This document shows positions 8,643 through 17,109 of a DNA stretch of 25,566 nt, one piece after another (within the stretch, counting starts at the first letter, position 1; every line of letters starts with the position of its first letter). The stretch covers positions 1-25,566 of the forward strand of contig JBBRUX010000050.1 of the NCBI GenBank assembly GCA_038247415.1. Direction: 5' to 3'. The position numbers and the translations under genes are program-made. A model generated the notes under the pieces. It was not told where the DNA came from, ran no database searches, and saw only the letters and a list, made by a program, of their open reading frames with translations. This DNA is from Chitinivibrionales bacterium. Lineage in GTDB: Bacteria; Fibrobacterota; Chitinivibrionia; Chitinivibrionales; WJKA01.

Positions 8643-9566
8643 TCAATTTCTCCGACGGAATAGTGCGCGCGCAAGAAGGTCACCATACATAATGAGTCCT
8701 ACTCCAACAATAATGCACATAAGTCCGCCATACATAAAAGGCACTATTTTCTCTTTCCCTAAAAGAATACCAATAAGCACGGCTATCAGAGGATTAATCA
8801 ATGCATAGCTCGAAATACGCTGCGCAGGCTCGTGGAGCAAAAGATAATTATAAGCAACAAATGCAAAAGAGGCGATCGTGGCAAGATAGAACACAGATAG
8901 TATCGAAAAGAGCGATGGGACACTGGTAGCCGAAGGCACACGTGCTGCAAAGCCAGGAACTGCCAGAAACACTAAACAGACTATCCCGGCAAAGCCCATT
9001 TGCATGCTACTGGAAACAAAAATATCGGGATACGGTTTCATACGATGCCCAAGCGATGTTGCGCACGACCAAAAGACCACAGCACACAGAACAATAATTA
9101 TTGACGGTGTAATGCTCGATCGTATCGATTGACCATTATACAAAATGAATGCAACACCAATTATACCTATACAAATACCCCCTACTGCAAGCATGGTGGG
9201 TTTTTTCTTAAACCATAAAAAATTAAAAATCACTACCAGTACCGGGGTGCATGCAACAACAAGCGCAGCAATATAGCTATCTACTTTACGCTCTGCAATA
9301 GTAACCAGACCATTGCCCATAATAAGAAGCATAAAAGCCATAAACATGCTGGAAAACCACTCTTGTCTTGTGGGCATGCGCTTGATGCGTTTGGCAATAA
9401 GACTTATGATGAGAAAGAAAAGTCCGCCACAAAAAAATCGAAAACCAATCACCGCAAACGGATTAATTGTTTCGACAGCCACTTTGATGAAGTAGTAGGT
9501 TGATCCCCACACAAGATAAATAAGGAAATAGCAGAGAATTACCAGGGGCAATCGCCGTGATCCCAT
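8643..9566 (-). CDS. EamA/DMT-superfamily transporter (10 TM). Start is probably ATG at 9566 (MGSRRLPLVILCYFLIYLVWGSTYY); the track's TTG at 9623 would overlap the upstream gene by 49 nt.
   Basis: Two EamA-like halves with repeated TM helices. The protein is polytopic and hydrophobic throughout. ATG 9566 lies 8 nt past the upstream stop. Confidence 0.7.
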   Translation of the reverse strand: MGSRRLPLVILCYFLIYLVWGSTYYFIKVAVETINPFAVIGFRFFCGGLFFLIISLIAKRIKRMPTRQEWFSSMFMAFMLLIMGNGLVTIAERKVDSYIAALVVACTPVLVVIFNFLWFKKKPTMLAVGGICIGIIGVAFILYNGQSIRSSITPSIIIVLCAVVFWSCATSLGHRMKPYPDIFVSSSMQMGFAGIVCLVFLAVPGFAARVPSATSVPSLFSILSVFYLATIASFAFVAYNYLLLHEPAQRISSYALINPLIAVLIGILLGKEKIVPFMYGGLMCIIVGVGLIMYGDLLARALFRRRN

Positions 9567-9579
9567 AGCAGGGATCACG
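9556..9579 (-). promoter_or_regulatory. Perfect 9-bp stem / 6-nt loop hairpin spanning the stop codon of the COG1579 gene and the start codon of the EamA gene
   Basis: cgtgatccc-atagca-gggatcacg. The TGA stop (9577-9575) lies in one arm. The ATG (9566-9564) lies at the stem/loop junction. No U-tract follows, so it is not a terminator. Confidence 0.3.
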
Positions 9580-10294
9580 TTGACTGAGATTGCCAGACCA
9601 GGATCGATCCGCACGATTGACAATTAATAAGCTTTCGTCCGGCCTTAACTTCATTGATAAAATGAGACTCGAGGATTTTGAAGCAATTGCCACAGTTACG
9701 GCTTTCCGACACAACGCTAAGTGCGCGCCCGTTTTTGCGGCGTAAACGGATGAAATCGTATTGAGCCAGATAGGGCCGAGGAATGGAAGGGGTAATGACA
9801 TCCCGTTCTTTGACAATTTCTGCGATCTGGGAATCGATAGCGGCGATTTTTTCGGTAAGCTCTGCTATCTGAGGTTCATTGTCTGCCCGAGCAGCATCTG
9901 TTTTAGCGGCAACTTCCTGCAATACTGCCATGAGCCGTTCTTTTTCGGCTTCAACGTGCTTAAGTTTTGCAGCGCCAGAAACTGTTCCCGATTTAGCATT
10001 CTCTATTTCCGCATGAATAGCATCGTATTCGCGATTAGTTTTAATAGAATTGAGACGGGATTGGCTCTTTTCGAGCAACGCCGTGTAGTCGGTAATTTTA
10101 TCTTGAATCGCTTTTTCATCGGCGAGAACCGCATCAACTTTTTTCTGAGCAGCTGATTTTTCTGCCTCTGCTGCTTCGATAACCGTAGTAAGCTGAGTAA
10201 CCATACGTGGAAAATCAATCTTTGATTGCTCCAATGTATGAATTCGGAGGTCTACCTCTTGCAATGCAATAAGCTGAATAAAAACTTGATCCAT
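9575..10294 (-). CDS. COG1579-type zinc-ribbon coiled-coil protein (HP0958-like, C4 zinc ribbon at C-terminus)
   Basis: Long coiled-coil N-region. C-terminus has CGNC...CQSCGS (two CxxC pairs). GGGGAGG SD before ATG 10294. Confidence 0.75.
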   Translation of the reverse strand: MDQVFIQLIALQEVDLRIHTLEQSKIDFPRMVTQLTTVIEAAEAEKSAAQKKVDAVLADEKAIQDKITDYTALLEKSQSRLNSIKTNREYDAIHAEIENAKSGTVSGAAKLKHVEAEKERLMAVLQEVAAKTDAARADNEPQIAELTEKIAAIDSQIAEIVKERDVITPSIPRPYLAQYDFIRLRRKNGRALSVVSESRNCGNCFKILESHFINEVKAGRKLINCQSCGSILVWQSQST

Positions 10295-10321
10295 ATTACC
10301 TCCCCATTGTTAGCTCAAATG

Positions 10322-10358
10322 ATTCAGCACAAAAAAAAAGCGCTCCCCGAGAGGAAGC
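10322..10358 (-). terminator. Rho-independent terminator on the minus strand (stem aagcgcttcc / ggagcgctt followed by a 9-T run)
   Basis: Minus-strand reading: AAGCGCTTCCTCTCGGGGAGCGC then TTTTTTTTT. It lies downstream of the tRNA and only about 30 nt before the COG1579 start codon. Confidence 0.45.
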
Positions 10359-10524
10359 GCTTGCACACCATTTGGAAAGGTTGATCGATGTAGTAAAGCG
10401 TACTTTCTGGGTTCCGCACACGTACAGGAACAAACAATCCTTTCCCGCTGCCTAGCGAGAAGAGCAGTGATGCAAGACGCATTTCGAGTTGTAGCATCTA
10501 AAAAGCGTGCCGACCGAAAAAAAA

Positions 10525-10598
10525 TGGGCCCACCAGGACTCGAACCTGGGACTAACGGATTATGAGACCGCTACTCTAACCGACTGAGTTACGGGCCC
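10525..10598 (-). tRNA. tRNA with anticodon CAU. Elongator tRNA-Met or tRNA-Ile2 (lysidine); not initiator, since 1:72 is a G:C pair. CCA is not encoded.
   Basis: Reverse complement folds as a canonical cloverleaf (manual fold). Acceptor stem: GGGCCCG paired with TGGGCCC. D arm: ACTC/GAGT with GG in the loop. Anticodon loop: CUCAUAA with U33. T arm: CCAGG-TTCGAGT-CCTGG, with discriminator A. The gene is immediately followed by T8. Confidence 0.85.
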
Positions 10599-10848
10599 GC
10601 AAATCTAACGACTCAAAAATAATTTCGGGCACTAGCAAAATAAAGATTATCATGATTTGCATGCTCAATAGGCCTTGATAGTACCGTGCCAAAAGCATTT
10701 TTATAGACTTTTTTTGATATTTTTTTACCCGTAACACCATGCAAGCGCATTTTTGATGGAGTTGCCAACAATCTGGGAGACCATTGACAATACAAAACAA
10801 AGCCGGAACTATATTTATCTCCCAAAATGAAGGAGTAGCACACAAGCG

Positions 10849-12915
10849 ATGAGCACACCGAAAAAGAGCAATTTATTTGCAGGACTTAATGCTTCTCAGA
10901 CAGAAGCGGTATTTCATACTCATGGCCCACTCTTGGTGCTTGCAGGCGCAGGCAGCGGAAAGACCCGTGTTCTCACGACCCGTATAGCCCGTATTATCGC
11001 CGAAAAACACGCCGAACCATCATCGATTTTGGCGGTAACGTTCACCAATAAAGCAGCTGCAGAAATGAAAGCGCGTATCGCAGCCGTAACCAGCAAAAAA
11101 ACTGCCGATGCCATGACCGTCTCTACTTTCCATAGCCTTGGAGCGAGGATTTTACGCGAAAATGGCGAAAAAATTGGTATTAAACCGAAATTTTCTATCC
11201 TAAACGATTACGAACGAACCGCCACCATTAAAGGGGTTATGCGCTCTATCGGCAAACGTATGGCCGATGAAGACCACGATGGATTTGCCACTGCAATAAG
11301 CCTTGCGAAAAACGCTTCGCTTGATCCGGCCGAATACGAACAGGGCGACGAAACAAAGGTACGCACCGCACGCGTTTACAAAAACTACTCTTCGATGTTG
11401 CTCAAACGTCAATCTGTCGACTTCGATGATTTACTGCTGCTACCCCTTCGGATATTGCAGCAACACCCCGACGTTCTTGCAGCATACCGTGCCAAATATT
11501 CATTTGTATCGGTTGATGAATTCCAAGACACGAACGTTGTGCAACTTAAACTGGCATTGCTTCTGGCAGCCCCCAAAAACAATATCATGGTGGTAGGTGA
11601 CGATGACCAGGGTATTTATTCGTGGCGGGGCGCTGTCCTTGACAACATATTATCGTTTCCGACTTTTTTTCCTCAGTGCAAAAGCGTTATTCTCGACACG
11701 AACTATCGATCAAGCAGACAGATTGTTGACGGGGCCAATGCTGTTGTCTGTAAAAATCGAACCCGTAAACTCAAATCGATCATCGCTGCCAATGGTGATG
11801 GAGATCTGATAGAACATTACAAAGGCGACGACGAAGAGGAAGAAGCACAGTGGGTTGCGGCAACCATTAAATCACATGTAGACAGCAAAGAATTTTCGTT
11901 TGCCGATCATGCGCTTCTGTTTAGAACCAATGCAGTCATGCGCCGATTTGAAGAGGCTCTGCGCGCGAATAAGATTTCTTATAAAACAGTAGGGGCTCAG
12001 AGTTTTTTTGAGCGTAAAGAAGTAAAGGATATTCTGGCATATCTTCGACTATTTGCCAACACCGACGACGAGCTCAGCCTCATGCGCACCCTTAAAGTGC
12101 CCGACAAAGGACTCTCTAAAGAAACATTCGAAGCACTCGACGAATGCGCAAGCAATAGGAAAACCAGCCTCTTTACTTCTTTAAGACATGTGGAAAACAT
12201 TGCTGAAATCTCTGCTCCGCAGGCACAAAAAATTTGTGCCTTTTTAGCTCTTTACGATAGATACAGCGCACTCTTTTCCGAAAAGCCAAAACAAGCAGCC
12301 GAAATTTTTAGAGCGCTTCTTACCGAGTGCAATTACTTTGCATTATTGGAACGAGCGTATAAAGAAACCGGCGATAGCGCAGCTCGTTTAGAGCACATCG
12401 AAGAGCTCATTCATGGGCTGGATTCTTTTGCTCAAAAACATGCTGCAACCCCTATGATCATTGCTGAATATCTAAGGGAAATAAGCCTTGTTTTTTCTGA
12501 AAACGAAAAAGACCATGGGTCTGGATTCAATGCAGTTACCCTCATGACCATGCATAAGGCAAAGGGACTCGAATTTCCTGTAGTTATTGTTCCAGCACTT
12601 GACAATAGTATTATTCCTTCTCCACGCGCTTTGGCAGAGGGCAACCTCGAAGAAGAACGCAGGCTCTTTTATGTAGCAATGACGCGAGCCCGTAAACGTC
12701 TTATTCTCACCTATCCTGGGACAAAAATTTTCCGTTCGAGCTTAACAAAAGTTACTCCCTGCAGGTTTCTGAGCGAAATCCCAGAAGAATTCCTCGATGG
12801 CCCACTCGGAGAAAAACAAGCCGAACATTATCAGGATTTTGTGGAAGATTTCTTTAAGCAAATGCAAGACAAGCTTGGGCCACCGCAAGACGACATCGAG
12901 AATCCTACAGATTAA
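10849..12915 (+). CDS. Superfamily-1 ATP-dependent DNA helicase (UvrD/PcrA/Rep family)
   Basis: Motifs in order: Walker A AGAGSGKTRVLTTRIA, motif Ia VTFTNKAAAEM, motif II VDEFQDTN, YRSS, the TMHKAKGLEFPVVIV 2B region, and C-terminal LFYVAMTRARKRL. AAGGAG SD upstream. Confidence 0.85.
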   Translation: MSTPKKSNLFAGLNASQTEAVFHTHGPLLVLAGAGSGKTRVLTTRIARIIAEKHAEPSSILAVTFTNKAAAEMKARIAAVTSKKTADAMTVSTFHSLGARILRENGEKIGIKPKFSILNDYERTATIKGVMRSIGKRMADEDHDGFATAISLAKNASLDPAEYEQGDETKVRTARVYKNYSSMLLKRQSVDFDDLLLLPLRILQQHPDVLAAYRAKYSFVSVDEFQDTNVVQLKLALLLAAPKNNIMVVGDDDQGIYSWRGAVLDNILSFPTFFPQCKSVILDTNYRSSRQIVDGANAVVCKNRTRKLKSIIAANGDGDLIEHYKGDDEEEEAQWVAATIKSHVDSKEFSFADHALLFRTNAVMRRFEEALRANKISYKTVGAQSFFERKEVKDILAYLRLFANTDDELSLMRTLKVPDKGLSKETFEALDECASNRKTSLFTSLRHVENIAEISAPQAQKICAFLALYDRYSALFSEKPKQAAEIFRALLTECNYFALLERAYKETGDSAARLEHIEELIHGLDSFAQKHAATPMIIAEYLREISLVFSENEKDHGSGFNAVTLMTMHKAKGLEFPVVIVPALDNSIIPSPRALAEGNLEEERRLFYVAMTRARKRLILTYPGTKIFRSSLTKVTPCRFLSEIPEEFLDGPLGEKQAEHYQDFVEDFFKQMQDKLGPPQDDIENPTD

Positions 12916-13285
12916 GAGCAGCAAGAATATCTGCGGGAATCTTGCGAACTTTGCCGTCGGGACCGATACAGGCAAGGCGTACATCCCCTGTTACAAGGAG
13001 TACATCTGCCGGATTTCTGATTTCGGTGCGAAAGGTGATGGTAATTGAAGTCGATTCGACAAGAGAAGAGTGCACCTCTAAAAGATCATCATACACTGCA
13101 GGTGCCCGATATCGACAATTGACAGATACAACTACAAATTGAACCCCAGCATCGCGTAGTACTGCGAGGCTAACACCGGCTTCACGCAAGACCTCGGTGC
13201 GGGATCGTTCCATATATTTCAGATAATTTGCATAGTACACTACATTTCCGCAATCGGTATCTTCGTAATAGACACGAATTTTCAT
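12905..13285 (-). CDS. YbgC/4HBT-family hotdog-fold acyl-CoA thioesterase
   Basis: 126 aa. N-terminus [31 protein letters not shown] is the YbgC signature. AGGAGG SD. ATGA overlap with the upstream regulator stop. Convergent 11-nt overlap with the helicase 3' end. Confidence 0.7.
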   Translation of the reverse strand: MKIRVYYEDTDCGNVVYYANYLKYMERSRTEVLREAGVSLAVLRDAGVQFVVVSVNCRYRAPAVYDDLLEVHSSLVESTSITITFRTEIRNPADVLLVTGDVRLACIGPDGKVRKIPADILAALNL

Positions 13286-14691
13286 GACACCTCCTTGAGA
13301 GGACTATCCTCTACAAATCCCGATATTTTAATATCATATTCTTTAATTTTGCGCCAGAGCGTAGAGCGAGAAATTCCCAACTTCTTGGCAGTTTCGGAAT
13401 AGTTATCCGCGCAGAGCGCAAGCGCATGGACAATGTAATTCTTTTCTATTTCCGCAAGCGTTACAATAGCAGCGTCACCCGAAATAGTTGCCGCAGGTGA
13501 AGGAAGAAGTAATCGATCACGAAATACGCTTTCGGGCAAATCTTTTTCGGTAATCTCAGAGGTTTCTGCAAGCACAATTGCATGCTCGATGATATTTTCG
13601 AGTTCACGGACATTGCCGGGAAAATCGTAGTTCGCAAGCAGCGCTTCTGCTGTTTTTGACAAATGCAATACTTTTTTCGAATTCTTTTCGTTAAACCGAT
13701 GCATGAACAGGCGAATCATGTTGGGAATAGTCTCTTTACGCTCTCGTAAAGGTGGCAAATGCAACGTGAAGACATTAAGCCGGTACAACAAATCTTCCCG
13801 AAACGTTCCCATCGCTACCATGGTAGAAAGATCGCGATTACTCGCGGCAATGATACGTACCTGAACTGTGCGCTGCGTTGCATCACCCACCCGTCGATAG
13901 GTTCTCTCTTGCAAAAATCGAAGCAACTTAACTTGTGCAGATGGTGAGAGCTCCCCTACTTCATCAAGAAAGAGTGTGCCCGTATGCGCTTCTTCGACAA
14001 TACCCGCTTTATCACGATCTGCACCAGTAAATGCCCCTTTTTTATAACCAAAGAGCTCACTTTCAAAAAGCGTATCCGGGACTGCTCCACAGTTCATAGC
14101 AATAAAGGGGGCAGCTGGTTTTCCCGACATTCGGTGTATTATGCGCGCAAAAAATTCTTTTCCTGTACCACTTTCGCCACCAATAAGAATGGTAGAAGAG
14201 GTAGGTGCAATTTTGAGTGCAAGTTTTAAAACCTTTTGCATGGCCGGAGAGCCGGTTACAAAATCGGCAAGAATACGCTGCTCTAAATCGCGATGCTCTT
14301 GCAAGCGATCTACTGTAACAGATAGTTTTCCTAGAATTGCCCTAAAATCGGGTACTGCAAGCGGCTTGACAAGATAAAATGACGCGCCACTGCGCAAGGC
14401 TGCGGTTGCAATATCCAGCTCAAGCATACCGGTTAGAATAACAATTTCCACATGAGGTTGGCGCGTGCGGATATAGCTTACCAGATCCATTTCCTGTTGC
14501 ACGGTCTTTTCGATGTCAAAGATAACAATATCGATTTCATCTCGTTCTAAACGCGATATCGCAGCATGCGGAGTTGGAGCATCAAAAACGCGGAACCGTC
14601 CATCGGCAAGAGCCGAAACAGAGAGTGTCTGGCGAAGCGTTGTATCAGCTGAAACAATAAGCAATGATTTTTGATCGGTTACAGGTGCCAT
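13282..14691 (-). CDS. Sigma-54-dependent NtrC-family response regulator (REC + AAA+ sigma-54 activator + Fis-type HTH). No cognate kinase is in the window.
   Basis: [15 protein letters not shown] Walker A. The GAFTGA loop is present in [14 protein letters not shown]. Also ESELFGY and a C-terminal [26 protein letters not shown] at 14691; the track's TTG is at 14700. The receiver's acidic pocket reads SAD instead of DDE. The phospho-Asp, Thr and Lys positions are retained. Confidence 0.85.
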   Translation of the reverse strand: MAPVTDQKSLLIVSADTTLRQTLSVSALADGRFRVFDAPTPHAAISRLERDEIDIVIFDIEKTVQQEMDLVSYIRTRQPHVEIVILTGMLELDIATAALRSGASFYLVKPLAVPDFRAILGKLSVTVDRLQEHRDLEQRILADFVTGSPAMQKVLKLALKIAPTSSTILIGGESGTGKEFFARIIHRMSGKPAAPFIAMNCGAVPDTLFESELFGYKKGAFTGADRDKAGIVEEAHTGTLFLDEVGELSPSAQVKLLRFLQERTYRRVGDATQRTVQVRIIAASNRDLSTMVAMGTFREDLLYRLNVFTLHLPPLRERKETIPNMIRLFMHRFNEKNSKKVLHLSKTAEALLANYDFPGNVRELENIIEHAIVLAETSEITEKDLPESVFRDRLLLPSPAATISGDAAIVTLAEIEKNYIVHALALCADNYSETAKKLGISRSTLWRKIKEYDIKISGFVEDSPLKEVS

Positions 14692-14858
14692 ACTAATCAA
14701 AAATACATGGTTGATAGACCAAAGGCATACCTAAATGCCATTAAAAGTAGTTGTGAAATATTCACGCACAGGTCGCATTCGCTCTAATGCTCTGTCTCTA
14801 CCTTATAGATAGTGCCATTTCGCTAGCCAAGAGCTTTCCATCGACGTATTTTATCCTC

Positions 14859-16175
14859 ATGAAAAAATCAACCAAAATTTTGTTTATAAGCGGCATTTTT
14901 ATGGCCAGTCTTGTAATTATCCTCGCAAGCTGCCTGTATGCGCTTTCTATGTACGCTTCTTCCAAAGCGCTCATTGCCACCATAGATACTGCAATCGAAA
15001 AAGAGTATCGCTGCAACATATCAATTGAACGAATCTCCTTTGGTATCCCGCCCGAGGTTACATTCCATAACGTAACGCTTGCAACCAATCAAGGCAGTCA
15101 GATAGCCGTAGTACTGCATTGCAAAAAAGTTCGTGTTTCAATCGACCTACTCAAAGCGATCACTTCAATTAAGGAGTTCCAATCCTTCTTTTTTCCCGTT
15201 GCGCAAACTAAACCTATTAAAAAAACTCAGCCAAGCACAACCTGCCAACTCATTCGATTATTTGTTAAGACTCCGTTTCTCGATGTCATTAAACGAACCA
15301 CACTACTCGACGGAGATTTAGCAATTTCGATTAACGGTGATCCTGTTGTAGCAGTCAATGATCTTCTCATTGATTGTGGATTCATCACTTCTGGAGGCAC
15401 CATGATAACCGGGTCGATTGTTGCAAAAAACGCCCGCATTTACGACCAGTGGAACACCGGTAGAATAAAAGCCCACGTTGCAATTGATTCCTCACTCTTA
15501 AAAATTACTGATTTTTCAACCGCAACGTACCAAGGCTCAATCAATGCAACGGGCTCTCTTGATCTTAAAAAGGAATTTCTAAATCCGACTCATATTATTA
15601 TGCGCGACATCGATTGCGGCTTAGCCTATAACGATATGAAAGCCCATCCTGGCTCGCTTGCAGGAACTTTATCTGGAACGCTCGACCTTGGTCCCTGCGC
15701 ATTAACCCCCGAAAGTTTTACCGGCACAGGAAATACAACTATTACCACTGTAAAAATATCCGATTTACCTGTTCAAAAAAGCCTTTTTCTGGCTCTCGTG
15801 CTTCCCCAGATTGCAACCCTTTCATTCTCAACGATAAAAACAGATCTTCGTCTTTCTTACGACAAAATAGAAAACATCAAAACCGAAGGCACTGGAAATC
15901 CCATTTCGTTTGTAACCAATGGATGGATCTCCCCTTTTGGCAACCTTTCTCAACGCACGACAATTCTCTTTTCGAAATATTTTTGCGCAAGCATGCCAGC
16001 ATTTGTGCGCAATAGCCTCGACCCTGCAAAAGATGATCAAAAATCAATTTCTGCCACCATCAAAGGCACCACCAATGACCCACAAGTCAAACTTGACCAA
16101 GAGCTTGTCAATAGAGCAGTTAATAACGCTATGGGGGAAATGATCAAAGGGATCAGAGATTATTTCAGGAAATAG
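14859..16175 (+). CDS. Membrane-anchored hypothetical protein (N-terminal TM, then a large periplasmic domain; AsmA-like/DUF-type). Start likely MKKSTKILFISGIFMASLVIILASC at 14859; the track gives 14787.
   Basis: Single N-terminal hydrophobic helix after a Lys-rich start. The rest is soluble and Thr/Ser/Gly-rich. The family call is weak and from general architecture only. Confidence 0.5.
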   Translation: MKKSTKILFISGIFMASLVIILASCLYALSMYASSKALIATIDTAIEKEYRCNISIERISFGIPPEVTFHNVTLATNQGSQIAVVLHCKKVRVSIDLLKAITSIKEFQSFFFPVAQTKPIKKTQPSTTCQLIRLFVKTPFLDVIKRTTLLDGDLAISINGDPVVAVNDLLIDCGFITSGGTMITGSIVAKNARIYDQWNTGRIKAHVAIDSSLLKITDFSTATYQGSINATGSLDLKKEFLNPTHIIMRDIDCGLAYNDMKAHPGSLAGTLSGTLDLGPCALTPESFTGTGNTTITTVKISDLPVQKSLFLALVLPQIATLSFSTIKTDLRLSYDKIENIKTEGTGNPISFVTNGWISPFGNLSQRTTILFSKYFCASMPAFVRNSLDPAKDDQKSISATIKGTTNDPQVKLDQELVNRAVNNAMGEMIKGIRDYFRK

Positions 16176-16447
16176 CTACCCACAGCATGGTTTGATATCG
16201 TTTTGGGTTCCACAGTAGCAATCAGAGATTAGTCCCACCCCAATTAACAATAAAGTGATGCCGAGGCAACCGATACGACATACACAATATCCTTAAATAA
16301 GAGCCTATACAGTGAATTAACCTGTTAATTTTCATAGAGTTACTATCTATACACGTATTCTATACCATCTACTCGTACAGTTGCAATTACCGTAAGAAAG
16401 ACCTATCTTTTTTATGGATAAACCATTAATACCTATGAGGAGCCTTC

Positions 16448-16885
16448 ATGACATCCAAAATCCAGATCGACGATTTTTTATCGCATCGTAAACTAGCTCT
16501 TATTCGCTCCTCACGCAAAATAAAAGTTAATGGCGTTCCCATGGATAAGCAGCTCAATGCGAATGGATACGTTATAACGGTTGTATATCTTGACGAAAAA
16601 GATGAAACAAAAAAACTCTCATCACTAAGCGCTTTAGTTGAGGGAGCTATCATTGCTGTGCCACTTCAGCAAAGTGAACTAGCAATTAAGGATGTTGTAG
16701 CAGCAAAAATTCCTCGGGTCTGGATGCAAAGTGGTTGCGCATCCCCCGAAGCCATCGCCCTGTGCAATAAATCTGGCATACCTGCAATTCATGGCGAATG
16801 CGTGCTCATGTACGCAGAGCCCGTTACATCCTTCCATCGCTTTCACCGTTGGATCTGGAAGAAATGCGGGAAATTTGCGAAATAG
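16448..16885 (+). CDS. CoA-binding domain protein (YccU / COG1832-like)
   Basis: 145 aa. VEGAIIAVPLQQ...AAKIPRVWMQSG...SPEAIALCNKSGIPAIHGECVLM matches the CoA_binding_2 topology. GAGGAG SD 5 nt upstream of the ATG. Confidence 0.65.
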   Translation: MTSKIQIDDFLSHRKLALIRSSRKIKVNGVPMDKQLNANGYVITVVYLDEKDETKKLSSLSALVEGAIIAVPLQQSELAIKDVVAAKIPRVWMQSGCASPEAIALCNKSGIPAIHGECVLMYAEPVTSFHRFHRWIWKKCGKFAK

Positions 16886-17025
16886 ATTATTGATAAATGC
16901 TACGCATGTCGAAGGGTCGAAGGGGGATTCATGCACAGACCCACCGGCTCGTTTCGTTTCGACAGGTGGTGCAGTGCCGTCGAACTGCTCAACGACCGGC
17001 TAGAGGGACTTTCAACATACTTTAA

Positions 17026-17054
17026 TTGACTGCCCTTCTCTTCTATGGTATACT
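17026..17054 (+). promoter_or_regulatory. Sigma-70-type promoter: TTGACT, 17-nt spacer, TATACT with extended-10 TG
   Basis: TTGACT (17026-17031), 17-nt spacer, tgGTATACT (17046-17054). Located about 55 nt upstream of the 17110 ATG. Confidence 0.4.
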
Positions 17055-17109
17055 TTACTAAACAATACCGCATGCAGTATTAAAGCATTTAGATTGACGT
17101 AAGCATATC

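Noticed and set aside
10321-10497. 59-codon minus-strand ORF between the tRNA and the terminator
   Set aside because: No ribosome-binding site. It starts inside the tRNA's trailing T-run and ends within the terminator hairpin, so it is most likely non-coding spacer.
10576-10858. Two overlapping minus-strand ORFs (89 and 81 aa) in the tRNA-helicase intergenic region
   Set aside because: An AT-rich promoter region. The two ORFs overlap each other and the tRNA gene, with low-complexity translations. I also looked here for an integrase remnant next to the tRNA and found none.
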